Made by a program: the position numbers and the translations under genes | The notes under the pieces: model-generated | The model's input: the letters and a program-made list of their open reading frames with translations, nothing else | Told to the model about the DNA's origin: nothing | Databases searched by the model: none | NCBI GenBank assembly: GCA_024679065.1 | Contig: JAGIQG010000043.1 | Location: forward strand, 992,074 to 1,056,000 | Direction of reading: 5' to 3' | Length of the DNA stretch: 63,927 nt | Source of the DNA: Sphyrna mokarran | Taxonomy: Eukaryota | Shown: one piece after another, positions 23,716 through 37,139 of the stretch | How the letters are laid out: every line of letters starts with the position of its first letter | Position numbering within the stretch: position 1 is the stretch's first letter

Positions 23716-24408
23716 TGGAGCTGTGAAGCAGCAGTGTTACCATGCCGCCCGCGATGGATGATGTTACTGGCTAATTCATTCTTCCATAGATGCATTATGC
23801 CATTTATTTTGAAATTGGGATAGAGAACAATGGAAGCGGGTTAAATAAACACTTTGAAAGGAAATTGGATAACTGCTTGTTGGAAAGAACATTGATGAGC
23901 ATTATGAAGAAAGCTGAGGTGAAGTTTGAACTAAATAGGATGTTATCGCCTTGCAGACTTATTGCTAGAAGATTAGTCCATGAACTCAGCTAATGTTCTG
24001 AGGATTGTGTTCCAGTCCAACCACACCAGAAGGCGGAACATATATTCAGTGAAAAATATTTGCAATTAAGTATCCACTGATGAACAAGAAACCATTGTTA
24101 GAAATAAAAAACACGTGAGCGACACTATTGCAAAGTAAATGTCCCATTCGTATCTAGTGGGCGGCAGACTGCGCAAAGTCAGCAATACCCACGTCCCATG
24201 GATGAATACAAAGTGGATTGCTCTTTCAAAGATCCAACATGGATTCATTGGGCCGAATAGTTTCCATTTAAACAGTAGCATTCTATGATTTTATGTAACA
24301 CTTTTGAGATTTGGTGTCATCCTAAATATTTATGGCCGGAGACCTCCTACTGAACTTTAGGGAATCTATTGCTCCCTTTGATCATTGTATGATTTGTGAA
24401 TGTTTCAG

Positions 24409-24483
24409 AGCGGACCTACCTACGCCTCCCTGGATTTGGCCGCCTTGGAAAAGAGGTCAAAAAAGAAGGCGGGTCGAAAGTAA
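24409..24483 (+). CDS. VJ-C1 receptor copy A, exon 8: terminal exon with tyrosine motif (SGPTYASLDLAALEKRSKKKAGRK*)
   Basis: Acceptor tgtttcag, phase 0; YASL motif; the exon chain totals 1026 nt (341 aa + stop). Confidence 0.65.
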   Translation, partial: SGPTYASLDLAALEKRSKKKAGRK

Positions 24484-24855
24484 GAATCCAAACCATGAAT
24501 TATGGAGGGGGGCAGAATTTCCTGAAAATCCCCCAGCCTCGTGGAAGTACCCATCGAGTCAATGAGATTCTCTTCAAGCAGTTATACTTTTCTACGCATC
24601 CGCCAAACATTGGCTCTAGCGTTCAATATCAATCATTACTAATTAAATTTACAATATTTCACTGGAATGTTGTTCTTCAGCTGCAGACGAAAGTTCGATG
24701 AATGCTCAGAGACTTTCATGAGTCTCTCTGGAGGTTTTCTGCTGATCGTATAGCTCAAATTATTCACATGAGATATACCACTTCTCTTTGTAAATGTCAA
24801 CACGTGAATACCAATTAATGATTTTGGAACGATAATTTTTTTGACCTTGATTAAC

Positions 24856-24861
24856 AATAAA
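24856..24861 (+). terminator. Candidate polyadenylation signal of copy A
   Basis: AATAAA about 370 nt after the stop; also present in copy B at 57148-57153. Confidence 0.4.
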
Positions 24862-25167
24862 CTTAAAACTAAATGTAATCGTTGTGATTCTGCAATTTCC
24901 GTTGAAGTGACACTATCAGTGCAGAATTCAGATGTTTGTCAAGGCTTCAGGTGTGACAGGTTTGATGATTTGTCGAATTGGAATTCAATGAGAGATGGTC
25001 CCAGATTTCAGTGCATGGAATTTTCAATGTTTTCATCATAGTTTTGTAATATGTGAATTCGTGTTTGTATTTAACTTAAACCATACATTTCAAAGCAATA
25101 GGATAAATGCAATGTTATGGAAGAAGTAATGAATTTCGATTTGTGCTCTGCAGCATTTGGATCTTAT

Positions 25168-26727
25168 AGAACATACAACATTACAGCACAGAACAGGCCC
25201 TTCTGCCTTCGATGTTGCTCCGACCAATATAAAAAGCAATGCCACTCCAAACTAAACCATTCCCTTCTCTTCCATATACTCATCAACTAACCTCTTAAAC
25301 GCCACCAATCTTGGCGCATCTACAACTGCTGCAGGCAGGGCATTCCACTCCCGAACCACCCTTTGGGTAAAGAACCTACCTCTGATATCCGTCCTATAAC
25401 TATCACCCCTTAATTTAAAGCTGTTTCCCCTCGTGCTAGCTTTCTCCATCCTAGGAAAAAGGCTATCACTGTCCACCCTATCTAAACCTCTAATCATCTT
25501 ATATGTTTCGATTAGGTCCCCTCTTAGCCGCCTCCTTTCTAAAGAAAACAACCTCAAATCCCTCAGCCTCTCTTCATAAGACCTGCCCTCCATACCAGGC
25601 AACATCCTGGTAAACCTCCTCTGTACCTCTCCAATGCCTCCACATCTTTCTTATAATGTGGGGACCAGAACTGTACACAATACTCCAAGTGCGGCCGCAC
25701 TAGAGTTTTGTACAGTTGTAACATGACGTTGCGGCTCCGAAATTCAATCCCCCTACCAATAAAAGCTAAGACTCCATATGCCTTCTTAACAACCTTCTCG
25801 ACTTGAATGCCTACTTTCAGGGATCTATGCACATACACACCAAGATCCCTCTGTTCATCTAGACTACTAAGAATCCTACCATTTGCCCTATACTCTACAC
25901 ATTTATTATTTCTGCCATAGTGCATTACCTCACACTTTTCCACATTAAACTCCATTTGCCACCTCTCGGCCCAGCTCTGCAACTTGTCCAAGTCACTCTG
26001 TAAACTATAACACCCCTCTTCACTATCTACCACTCCACCGACTTTAGTGTCATCTGCAAATTTACTGATCCATCCCTCAATACCCTCATCCAGATCATTT
26101 ATAAAAATTACAAACAGCAGGTGCCCCAAAACAGACCCCTGAGGTACACCACTTGTCACCGAACTCCACGATGAATATCTCCCATCAACCACCACCCTCT
26201 GTCTTCTATCTGCTAGCCAATTCCTAACCCAATTAGCTAAATCACCCTCTATCCCAAACATCTGCATTTTCTGCAGAAGTCTTCCATGGGCCACCTTTCA
26301 AACGCCTTACTAAAGTCCATATATACCACATCAACCGCCTTACCCCCATCCACCTCTTTAGTCACTTTTTCAAAAAAACTCAATGAGGTTAGTAAGGCAC
26401 GACCTACCCTTCACAAAACCATGCTGACTACCCCCAATCAATTCATTTCTCTCTAAATAACTATAAATCCTATCCCTAATAATTATCTACAATACTTTGC
26501 CCACAACAGGAGTAAGACTCACTGGCCTATAATTCCCTGGAAGGTCTCTCTTCCCCTTCTTGAACAATGGGACCACATTCGCTATCTTCCAGTCCTCCGG
26601 AACCACAGCCGTAACGAACGACGACCTGAAGATCAGAGCCAGGTGCTCTGCAATCTCCTCTCTTGCCTCCCAGAGAATCCTAGGGTAAATACCGTCTGGC
26701 CCAGGGGACTTATCCAACTTCAAACCC
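25168..26727 (-). mobile_element. Young CR1, copy A only
   Basis: RT ORFs; TCTTAT duplication at 25162-25167 and 26728-26733; empty site at ~57460. Confidence 0.93.
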
Positions 26728-27879
26728 TCTTATCAATCCTACTCATTTCCTCGCCAGCTCTGTCCTCACTTATAGAAAGTGCTATTTTCGTGAGACTATT
26801 AATCCAGAAACTCACATGCCACAAACTCAGTCCTCTTGCATGATCGGGTGTTTAAAGAGTTCATCTCAATGCTTCTTAAATGTTGTGAGAGTTCTGAACT
26901 TTACCACCGTCTCAGGCAATGGCTTCCACATTCCTATTATCCTCTGAGTGGAAACTTTTTTTTTTCATTACATCTGCTGAAAACCTCGTGTTCTTTAGCT
27001 TAAGTCAATGTCACAGGCTGGGTATTGACCCCTCTGCTCTGGTAAAAAAAAAGTTCCTTCCTATCCACCCTATCGATGCCGCTCATTTTTTTTAAACATC
27101 AATCAGTCCCTCCCTCAACTTTCTCTGCTCGACAGTAAATGGCCCTAGCCAATCCAGCCCTCAGCTGAAACAGTCCAAGAATGTACAATAACTCCCCCGT
27201 TTAGGTGAGCTCAGTGTTTGTATATCAGTTTTGAATTATTTATGTTGACCATTTGTGAATGAAAACGATATTAAAATGATGCTGACATAGGTTGATTGAA
27301 CACGTTTGGATTGAAGCAAAGTAGCACCAGTTGTGAGCCATGCCATATTGTAAGCTTGGCACCTGTGCTTTGAAAAACCAGGAAAAGGTAATATTGACTG
27401 AAAAGTAACTCAATCCCCACCCAGATGTGATATCTCAATATTATCCTCTTGGTGACTTTAGGTCGCTTGGACAAATTCCTTAGTAATGAAGGCAAGGTAG
27501 CCCACTTTTTTCACATATCTGGAACTCCTCCTGTTGAACGCTGTTGGAAATTGAAAATTTGGAAACTTTTTTTTGGGGTGTCTGAGTGATAGTTACTGCA
27601 CCAAGCCGGGTAGCGGAAGTGAAAACTTAGATCAGGCACTATGTGAATGAAAGAGGGGACAGGATCAAGGCGCTGAATATGTCCCTCCACTTCGATGGTG
27701 TGATTACACACAACCATTCTGTAATTGATTGTACGGCCGCCAATGAAAGAGAGAACTATTTTCCTGACTCAGCTATGCTGGTCAGAATTCACAATGTTTA
27801 CTTATTTGTTTTGTTTAATTTTGGCATGATTTGGCCTAGATTGCAATTGCAGTTTTTTGTTTTCTGCCCATTTAAATGG

Positions 27880-28682
27880 AACATAGAACATAGAACAATA
27901 CAGCACAGAACAGGCCCTTCGGCCTTCGATGTTGTGCCGACCAAAATAAAAAGCAATGCCCCTCCTAACTAAACCATTCCCTTCTCTTCCATATACTTAT
28001 CAATTAACCTCTTAAAGGCCACCAAACTTGGCGCATCTACAACTGCTGCAGGCAGGGCATTCCACTCCCTAATCACTCTTTGGGTAAAGAACCTACTCTG
28101 ATATCCGTCCTATAACTATACCCTTAATTTAAAGCTGTGTCCCCTCGTGCTAGCTTTCTCCATCCTAGGAAAAAGTCTATCACTGTCCACCCTATCTAAA
28201 CCTCTAATCATCTTATATGTTTCGATAAGGTCTCCTCTTAGCCGCCTCCTTTCTACGGAAACAACCTCAAATCCTTCAGCCTCTCTTCATAGGACATGCC
28301 CTCCATACCAGGCAACATCCTGGTAAACCTCCTCTGTACCCTCTCCAATGCCTCCACATATTTCTTATAATGTGGGGACCAGAACTGCACACAATACTCC
28401 AAGTGCGGCCGCACTAGAGTTTTGTACAGTTGCAAAATGATGCTGCGGCTCCTAAATTCAATCCCCCTACCAATAAAAGCTAAGACTCCATATGCCTTCT
28501 TAACAACTTTATCCACTTGACTGCCTACTTTCAGGGATCTATTGACACATACACCAAGATCCTTCTGTTCCTCAACACTATTAAGAGCCCTACCATTAGC
28601 CCTATACTCTACACATTTATTGTTCCTGCCAAAGTGCATTACCTCACACTTTTCCACATTAAACTCCATTTGCCACCTCTCG
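27880..28682 (-). mobile_element. Young CR1 3' fragment, copy A only
   Basis: RT C-terminus and tail; empty site at ~59988. Confidence 0.92.
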
Positions 28683-28729
28683 GGAAATCAATGATTTCCT
28701 GGTAACGTTCTGGCGCCACTACCAGAAAG

Positions 28730-29175
28730 AGAGATTGAACAGACTGGTCTGTACTCGTTAGCCTTTAGTAGGCTGAGTGGGATCTTATGGACACATCTCA
28801 GATAATGAAAGGGCTAGATAGGGTAGAAATATAGAAATTCTTCTCGTTTCGAAAGGAAATCAGGACTAGAGGGCACAGTTTCAAAATAAGGGTGGGGGAG
28901 GGGCAGTTTAGAACGGAGTTGAGGGAAAACTTCTTCACTCAAAGGGTGGTGAATCTCTGGAATTTTTTACCCATTGAAGTATGGAGGCTACCTCGTCGAA
29001 AATATTAAAGTCACGGATAGATAGATTTCTGACAGGCAAGGGAATTTAGGGTTATGGGGAGAAAGCGGGAAAGTGGAACTGATCCATTTCAGATCAGACA
29101 TGATCTTACTGAATAGCAGGGCAGAATCGAAAGGCTAGATGGCCTACTCCTGCTCTCATGTATTAAGTTCTTATG
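28730..29175 (+). mobile_element. Older CR1-type 3' fragment shared by both copies (60030-60475)
   Basis: Same family as 2526-3195. Confidence 0.75.
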
Positions 29176-30880
29176 ACATATTCAGGCTAGACCAGATATA
29201 GACGGTCACTTATCTACCAGAAAAGAGATCACTAATTGATTATATAAATCACGGTTGCCATGGATTAGACTGGATGTTAATCCAACTAATTTATTTTAAA
29301 TTTCTCCATCTGCCCTGATATATTTGGAAGTCTCCATCCTGAAGTAACCATTGACTCTTTGCCCACAAATGAATGTGTCTGATTGACCATGTACCTCGGG
29401 TGTGAGGCCACTCCACAGTTCCTTGTTCAGGGTTTATATTGGTAAGTCTCTGTGCAACCGTCCTCTCTCCTCGTGGCCGCCAGTTAAGAGAAGAAATGCT
29501 TCCATTTTGCCGCCCTCAATGTAAATAGAACCAAGAAGTAAAAGAAAGACAAAGGTTATTTATATTAGTGGCAGTGGAATCATTCTCAGCCCAGAGGGGC
29601 AGAACGTCCAAGTGGATAGATTGGTGACTGTTTCCCGTGAACGATTCTGATCAGCTGCAAATGATTCATTTTTTCACCATGAAATTTTATTTCTATCAGA
29701 AGTGTGTATTGACTAAATTTTCTACTTGACTTAGTATCTCAGTGGCTCTGCTGCTGCAAATGCGCTATTCTAATGGAGGACTGATTAAGACACAAACGTA
29801 CAAAGAGATGTTGCAACGTTCAGGGTGATAGAAAGCTGCTGGGCTGCGGTAACACAGGTAACCGGAAGACATGGTGAACATGCACGTTTTGCAGGCACAG
29901 CGTGCTGCGGTGAAAACAGCGCACTAAAAATATCAGAGCAGGGTGAATTGTCTTTCAGAGTTTCCTGTTTATAGATGAAGAGGCCGCGCACAGCTCAGTC
30001 TGCAATGAAAAACATCTTCTATCTCGTGCTAAGCACGCTTTAAGACTGATCTAAACCGTGTTGAGCAGATAATATGGCTGAATTCAGCAACATGGCTGTT
30101 TGTGAAATTCGAATGGGCACAGCGGACAGCAAAATGTTATATTGAATTCATCCCAAACACCTTACCATATTCTGTTTCTCTGCAAAGAAGTAATGAATGA
30201 AGAAATATTCAAAAGGATGCAAATGTTTTCAAGGCGGTTTCGCCCAGTGCAATTCTCCCTATCTCTTTGTATCATAATTCCATCCTTTGACTTGCGGACA
30301 ATGGGCCATCCACTGCGGGCTGGTGCTCATAGTTCACACGAACTTCCTCCCACATCAATACAATTGCCGCCATCCCCAAACACACATCCCACAACCATCA
30401 ACGGCACACTATTTAATTCCTTTCTCTTTCCTCAGTTTATCCAGTTTCACAATGAAATGTATGCCTGTAGATCGGATGACTGTGGGTACTACTTCCACAT
30501 TCTCCCTCTCCAATGAGCAAAGACATTCCTCGCGACTTGCCTCTGTCTACCATGGCGATTTATTTCATAACTTTATCTTGACTACCCCTCCGCCACTTTT
30601 AGCCTTGTCTTCCCCGGAAGACAGAAGGCTGCTTCTGATGCATATAACCAGCGAATTGGAGCCGTCCATGTTCTCTCCCAAGCAAACATTTGCGCGTTGT
30701 TGTTCATTAAATCGCCTTTTCAGACATCCGGAATCATACAGATATCTAAACAGCCGTGGAATGTCTTTAAATCATGTTCAATGCCCGAATCATCCAAGAG
30801 TAAGCATTGAGGCAATATTGTTGACAAAATATTTATGCATTATTAATATTTTCCCCTGGGGAGTAAGATATATCAGGGAA

Positions 30881-31333
30881 CGATGTTGCCTGGATTGGGA
30901 GGCACGCCTTATGACGATAGGTTGAGGGGGTAGGCCTCTTCTCCCTGAAGAGACTGACAGGTGACTCTGATAGAGGTTTATTAGATGTTGAGAGGAATAG
31001 ATAGCGTGGATTCTCGGAGGCTATTTCCCAGGGCTGAAATGGTCCTTACGAGAGGACGCTGGTTTAAGGTGCTGGGGAGCAAGTACAGAGAAATGTTAGA
31101 GGTAAGTTTTTTTTTCACTCAGAGGGTGGTGAGTAAATGGAATCGGCTGCCGTCAGTGGTGGTAGATGCCAACTCGCTGGGGACTTTTAAGAGACTTCTG
31201 GATGAGTACATGGGATTTAATGGGATTGGGAGTTGCAGGTAGTTCTATGGCCTGGTAGGTACTGATATGATCGGCACAACTTGTGGGCCAAAGGACCTGT
31301 TTGTGCTGTAGTGTTCCATGTTCTATGTTCTAT
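30881..31333 (+). mobile_element. CR1 3' fragment, copy A only
   Basis: Same family as 5069-5484; empty site at ~62217. Confidence 0.88.
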
Positions 31334-31436
31334 GAATCGTGGAAAGATGTTTTCAATGTCTGCAAACCCGGTGTCCAGATGCAAAATCTCTCAATAACAA
31401 ATAGGAACAAGATTAAGTGTATCACTCCAGCGGACA

Positions 31437-31690
31437 TTAGAACATAGAATAGAACATTACAGGGCAGTACAGGCCCTTCAGTCCTCGATGTTGAGCCGAC
31501 CAGTAGAACCAATCTAATGACCCTCCAACCTAAACTATTCTAATGTTATCCGTATGTCTATCCACTAACCATTTGAACGCCCTTAAAGTTAAAGAATGCA
31601 AACAAGGCATGCCACGCCCTTATTACCCTCTGAATAAAGAACCTACCTCTGACATCTGTCCTATAATTAGCGCGCCTCAATTTAACGTGT
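31437..31690 (-). mobile_element. CR1 3' tail shared by both copies (62320-62580)
   Basis: (CATAGAA)n tail and stem-loop. Confidence 0.78.
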
Positions 31691-31919
31691 TTCAAACACT
31701 AAGTGTTTCTTTTTATCTGGTCTCAGTTTGAATCGATGATTCAGTTGCACTGCAGAACGCGTTGGAGGTTTTCCAACCCGAGGGAATGTTGCAGGGGACA
31801 GGAACAATGGGTTAAGTGAAAAGATGCAACTGATGAATTCAGAAAATTGTTCAAACAGGAGCAAATCACTGACTGCTGATCATGTAATTGTCTATATTTT
31901 CAACAGTGCAAAGTGAAAT

Positions 31920-32650
31920 CACGAGGGGTCACGGGCTTAGGGCGAAGGGGCTAAGATATAATTTAGATGCGAGAGGGATTTTTTTTTCACACAGAGGGTT
32001 GTGGGGGTATTGAATGCGCTGCCAAGTAATGTGGTGGAGGCAGGCACTCTGGAGTTATTTAAGAAATACTTAGATGGGCACATGAAAAGAATGGGAATGG
32101 AGGGGTATAGAAAACTGATTTAAAATAGAGATCATGAGCCTTGGGAGTCCCCGGGAAATTTCTAAATAGATGATGATATTGATGTACTTGTCTTTATCCT
32201 ACAGGTGCTTAGGTCCACCTTGTTGTCTAACAAGGGCCATGCACGCGATGGGTCGTGAGAGGGCTGCTCTTGGATTTTATTTTCGGGAGTATCCTAGTGC
32301 TTCACGTCGTTACTGTACGTTTGACCTGGACCATATGATGGGCAACACGACACTTAGTGACTATCCCTGTGCTGTGCAGATACATGGATTTGGGCCCGTG
32401 TCTGTGGGAGATTGCACACTCTCCCCGTGCTTGCGTGGGTTTCCTCCAGGCACTACGGTTTCCTCCTACATCCCAAAGATGTGCTCTTAGGCTAAGTGGC
32501 AAAACAAATTCTCCCTAAATTGTCTCAAGTTTGTTTTGAATCCATAGATCTATAAACATAGACATCATTCACGGGTAGAGGTGGGAACATCGGGGTGGCG
32601 ACGCGGGCTCGTTGGGCCGAAGGGCCTGTTTCCCGTGCTGTTTTGTTCTT
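31920..32650 (+). mobile_element. Long-UTR CR1 3' fragment, copy A only
   Basis: TGAAAT duplication at 31914-31919 and 32651-32656; empty site at ~62803. Confidence 0.9.
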
Positions 32651-33771
32651 TGAAATAAGCAAAAAAAAAAAACGTAGAGATTGGAGAAGAGCATTTCAGG
32701 TTCAGAGAATATGTTTTTATTCCCGTGAGTTTCGAAGATTAAGGGACAACCTGATTTTCCTTAAATAGCGGAATAATATATTGGGATTGACCAATAGTAA
32801 CTATTTCCTCTGGTAGTGTTGTGAATACCCAGGCCAGAAGCTTCAAAATTGTGTGTAGTTAGTCTAAATCCAAGGTATTATAATTGCTTTGGGCATTATC
32901 ATGATCATAATATGTTTCATTATCAGTATGATTTAATTGACCCAACTTTTATCAGACAAAATTTATTAAAGAAAATAAAGTTAAAATATAACAATCACAA
33001 GTCGCTTAACTTTTACCAATTATAAGACTTAAACATCATACTTTATAATATTAACATCTATCTATATCTGCTGCTCCAATTTAAAGATTCCTCCCATGTA
33101 ACCTTCCTGAGAATTGGTTAACACAAAACACGTTTCCTCACGCGGTACTAGATTTCCAGCCATTCATACCAATCGACAGAAATCCAAACAACAGTTTTCA
33201 GAGAAGTATATATGCACAAGGCAGCAAAATAATTAAATAAATCTAGTTTCATCAGCTTTGAGATTTCAGATCTGAGGGTGAAGGGGATAACTCTCTCCCT
33301 CTCTTTCTCTGTGTCTCAACACCAGAGAAAGGTCAAAACTGACACTTCTTTCTCAAGTCCAAACAATTAAATAGCAATTAAATTGGATCTTTTTGTGTAC
33401 GAATCGTTGTTCATGGTCATATGACCTGATCTGTTAGCCGTACCGACCAAGGTCTGCTCTGCAAGCCCAAGCATGCACGCTATAAAACAGATTGCTGCAT
33501 TAGTTTAGATTTAAAAAGACATAGCACCAATTTTGATGTCTGAATAATAATGGAGGATACCATTGTAGAAAAAAAAGTTTGCATAAGATGCTAGGGACTG
33601 CTAGGGACATCCTGCCGATCAACATGATTAAAATATATTTGTTTAAGGCACGGCATCGTCACAGTAGGCTATGTCAAGAAAATTCAGATGGACGTGGTTG
33701 GGTGTAGCGGCTGCGGGTTGGGAGACAAGTTGGGAGAATTGATAATGGAGTTTGTGCATTTAATACCTATT

Positions 33772-34695
33772 AGGCCATAGAACTATCTGTAATTCCCAAT
33801 CCCATTTAATCCTATGTACTCATCCAGAACTTGTTTAAAAGACCGCAGCGAGTTCGCCTCCACCACCACCTATGGCAGCCGACTCCATTCTCTCATCACC
33901 TTCTGAGTGAAAACATTACCCCTAACATCTCCTCTGTACTTGCTGCCCAGTACTTAAACCTGTGCCCTCTCATAGCGACCATTTCAGCTCTGTGAAATAG
34001 CCTCCGACAATCCACCCTATCTATTCCTCTGGACATTTTATAAACCTCTATCAGATTGCCTCTCAACCTTCGTCTCTCCAGGGAGAAGACACCTAGCTCC
34101 CTCAACCTGTCTTCATAGGGCATGCCACCCAATCCAGGCAACACCCTTGTAAATCTCCCCTGCACCCTCTCAGTAGCTTCCACATCCTTCTTGTAGTGGG
34201 GGGAGCACAACTGTGCACAGTACTCCAGTTGTGATCTGACAAGGGTCTTATAAAGTTGCAGCATTACCTCCCGACTTCTCAATTCAACCCCTCGATTAAG
34301 GAAGGCCAGTATACCATACACCGTCTGACAACATCGTCCACTGCGAAACCGATTTAAGGGTCCTATGGACTAGAACCCCAAGATCCTTATGCTCCTCAAC
34401 ACTACGAAAACCCCAACCCTTGATATTGTACTCCTTCATCCCATTGCTCCTGCTAAAATAGACCAGTACACATTTATCTGCATTGAAGTCCATCTGCCAC
34501 TTCTCCGCACATTCTTGCATTTTATCTATGTCTTGCTGCAAATTCTGACATCCCTCCAGACTATCCACAACATCACCAATCTTCGTATCGTCAGCGAACT
34601 TACTAACCCATCCTTCCACTTCCTCATCCAGGCCATTTATGGAAATAACAAACAGCAAGGGTCCTAGAACAGATCCCTAGAGCACTCCACTGGAT
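33772..34695 (-). mobile_element. CR1 RT fragment
   Basis: KFADDTK, LQLYKTLVR, SLERRRLRG motifs. Confidence 0.9.
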
Positions 34696-36424
34696 GTGAC
34701 ATGTTCACAATTCTTCAAACAAAGCAAAAGGGGGATCTGTAATTCTTAACTTCAACTGACCGCTGTGACTAGGACTAAAATGAAACTGTCGCAACGGAAA
34801 TTGATAGATTGATTTTTGGGGACTGGATAGATTTATGGTTGCGAGCTGTGTGGATGGAGTTAAGATATTGTTCCAGCATGGCGGAAACTACCTCACAGAA
34901 GTGCTTATGGTCTCCTGCTGATAGCATGCATAGGGGAAAAGGAAAATATTTTTAATTGGTGATAAAAGAGAAATAAGCCTAATATTCATGTTTTATAGAT
35001 AGTATGTGGAATAAAAGTACAGATTCAAACAGCCAGCAGAAACAAGACAGGTACTTCCTCTTTTGCAGATGGGTAAGGTTCTCTGATTCCATTCTGCAAA
35101 ATCCACTGAGCGATGTTATCCAAAGCGAACATGAATTGGATGTAACTTTGTCTCAGCAATAAATGTAGTTCCGTCATTATTACTGTGCAACAAATTCAAA
35201 AATGCTCTCACTGTGCGTTTTTAATTAATCCAGCATGAATCCGCAACGTATTACTCGATTGCCTCGTCAGTTCTTTACCCATTTCCAAACGCACACACAT
35301 TCCCTGCAAACATGCCTTTGATAATTCGCTAAAGAGCTACCGGCATCGCATTTGTGTTGAACCCAAATCGAAACTCGAATCGTGCAGCTTACATTCCAAA
35401 TCTGCTTCGAACAATTGGTAACTCGGATACAGATACATTTTGAATTGTTTATTGCATATTTACCATAGACAATGCAGAACAGAATTGTAAGAAAACGACA
35501 TAAGGAATTGGAAGAATAAAGGGGTGAAATTATGCTGCAGGCGATACTCCATTGTAGAATGGCGGATATTACGGGAGAGTATGTTTTCCGCTTTGGGCAC
35601 CATCACAGCATTGGGCCGCCAATCTGTTCGAATTTGCTCCAATTGGACCTTCAAAATTCACTGTGCAACAAGAGGAATGTTTCTACACTAGGTATAAAGG
35701 AAACACACTCTTCTTTTTGCCTCGTTCTCTCTTTCCTCTCGAGTTAGTGTGTTGGATCGTTATTGAAGGCCAGACCAGCATAAAGAGTCTGTGGATGAAA
35801 AGTGATCTGTCAATGTACTCCACAACATCATTGTAGGGATCGATGAGGCCATTGAGACCCTCACTATATTCAGCTAGATTAAGGCTGACATGTATTTTAG
35901 CCCATATGCTTCCGCCATTTTTGAATAATCCTTAATATTCTCCCGCATGTAAATCTATCCATCACAATTCCAACTGTTAAACTGGCTGGATCAGCTGTTG
36001 TTTTAACGGGGGAGTGAGTTCCAAAATTTGACTCCCATTGTGTTAAAAACGAAGTTCCTAAATGGACGTGGTTGGCTACCAACTTAATATTCTGCTCCCT
36101 TGGCGGGATATCCCCAGCGGGCCTCTGCACTCCATCCCTTCCCCCAGCCCCCAGCTATGGTGGCGTCCTACAGTGCCACCGACGCCAAAGAAAACTCCAC
36201 GAGTTCCCTGGCGGCGGAGTTGTGCAAATGACGGGAAACCAAGTTGACACAAACTTGAACAACGGGCTACATCCTACTTTGTGGAGTTACGGGAGGCGGA
36301 CAGGGGTGCGCTGCTTATAACTAGGCAGGAAAATCGACCCACGTGGGTGGAATGGGGAATTTGGCTAATGTTTTAAATTAGGTCTGAAGAAGCATCCCAA
36401 TGGCTCGCAAAGAGGGAGTGGTAG

Positions 36425-36826
36425 AAAAAGCTGTGGCTTTTCTCTTTAGGGCAGAGGGGGATGAGAGACGATGTAATAGAGGTTTGGAAGGTGATGAGGG
36501 GGATTGATGGAATGGACTTTCAGAGACTATTTCCTCGGGTGGATGTAGTTGTTACTGCAGGGCAGAACTACAAAGTTCATTGTGGGAGACACAGGAGGGA
36601 TGTCTGAGGTAGATTATTTACTTGGAGAGTGGTTGGGGTCTGGAAAGCACTACCTGCTGTGACAGTGGAGTCGGGCACTTTAGAAACTTTCAAGCGGTTA
36701 CTGGATAGGCACATGGAGCACTCCAGAATGAGAGGGAGTGCGATAGCTTGATCTGGGATTGACATAGTTCGGCACAACATTGAGTGCTGAAGGGCCTGTA
36801 CTATGTTATAATGTTTTATATTCTAT
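36425..36826 (+). mobile_element. Older CR1 3' fragment
   Basis: Decayed ORF2 end, gggcctgta stem-loop and tail. Confidence 0.75.
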
Positions 36827-36949
36827 TCCCGTCTCCACAAATGCTGCCAGAATGGCAGATTTGTCTTCTTTCCAGTGCTATTACGAACTTTGAATATAGG
36901 GTGAAATGGTAGGGGAAAATAATCACGCAATATGGAAAAGAAAATGTAC

Positions 36950-37008
36950 CTTTTCATTCTGTACGTGCGATCTGGAAGCTGACAAGGCCTCATTGCTTCT
37001 TGCATTAT
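36950..37008 (-). pseudogene. Orphan cytoplasmic exon following the TM exon (DNARSNEALSASRSHVQNEK)
   Basis: Acceptor with a long T tract ending cttctaaacag, donor AAG|GTACAT, 59 nt, phase 1-0, in frame with the TM exon across a 131-nt intron. Confidence 0.6.
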
Positions 37009-37139
37009 CTGTTTAGAAGAAAAAAAAACATCGGGCTGAATGGCCATATTTCACGCATTTCATTCACAGTGTCAATAATTCAGTAATAAATGGCTGGATT
37101 GAGGATGCCGCCGAGTTAGAGTCTCCGAACAATCGCTAC

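Larger units (their letters stand above)
11445..33720 (+). repeat. Segmental duplication, copy A
   Basis: Colinear similarity of unique and repeat sequence to 46368-63910, interrupted mainly by copy-specific CR1 insertions and the ~580-nt deletion in copy B. Confidence 0.93.

Noticed and set aside
24451-24483. Basic C-terminus KRSKKKAGRK as a tapasin-like ER-retrieval signal
   Set aside because: No Lys at -3, so it fits neither KKxx nor KxKxx, and there is no tapasin N-terminal domain or TM lysine
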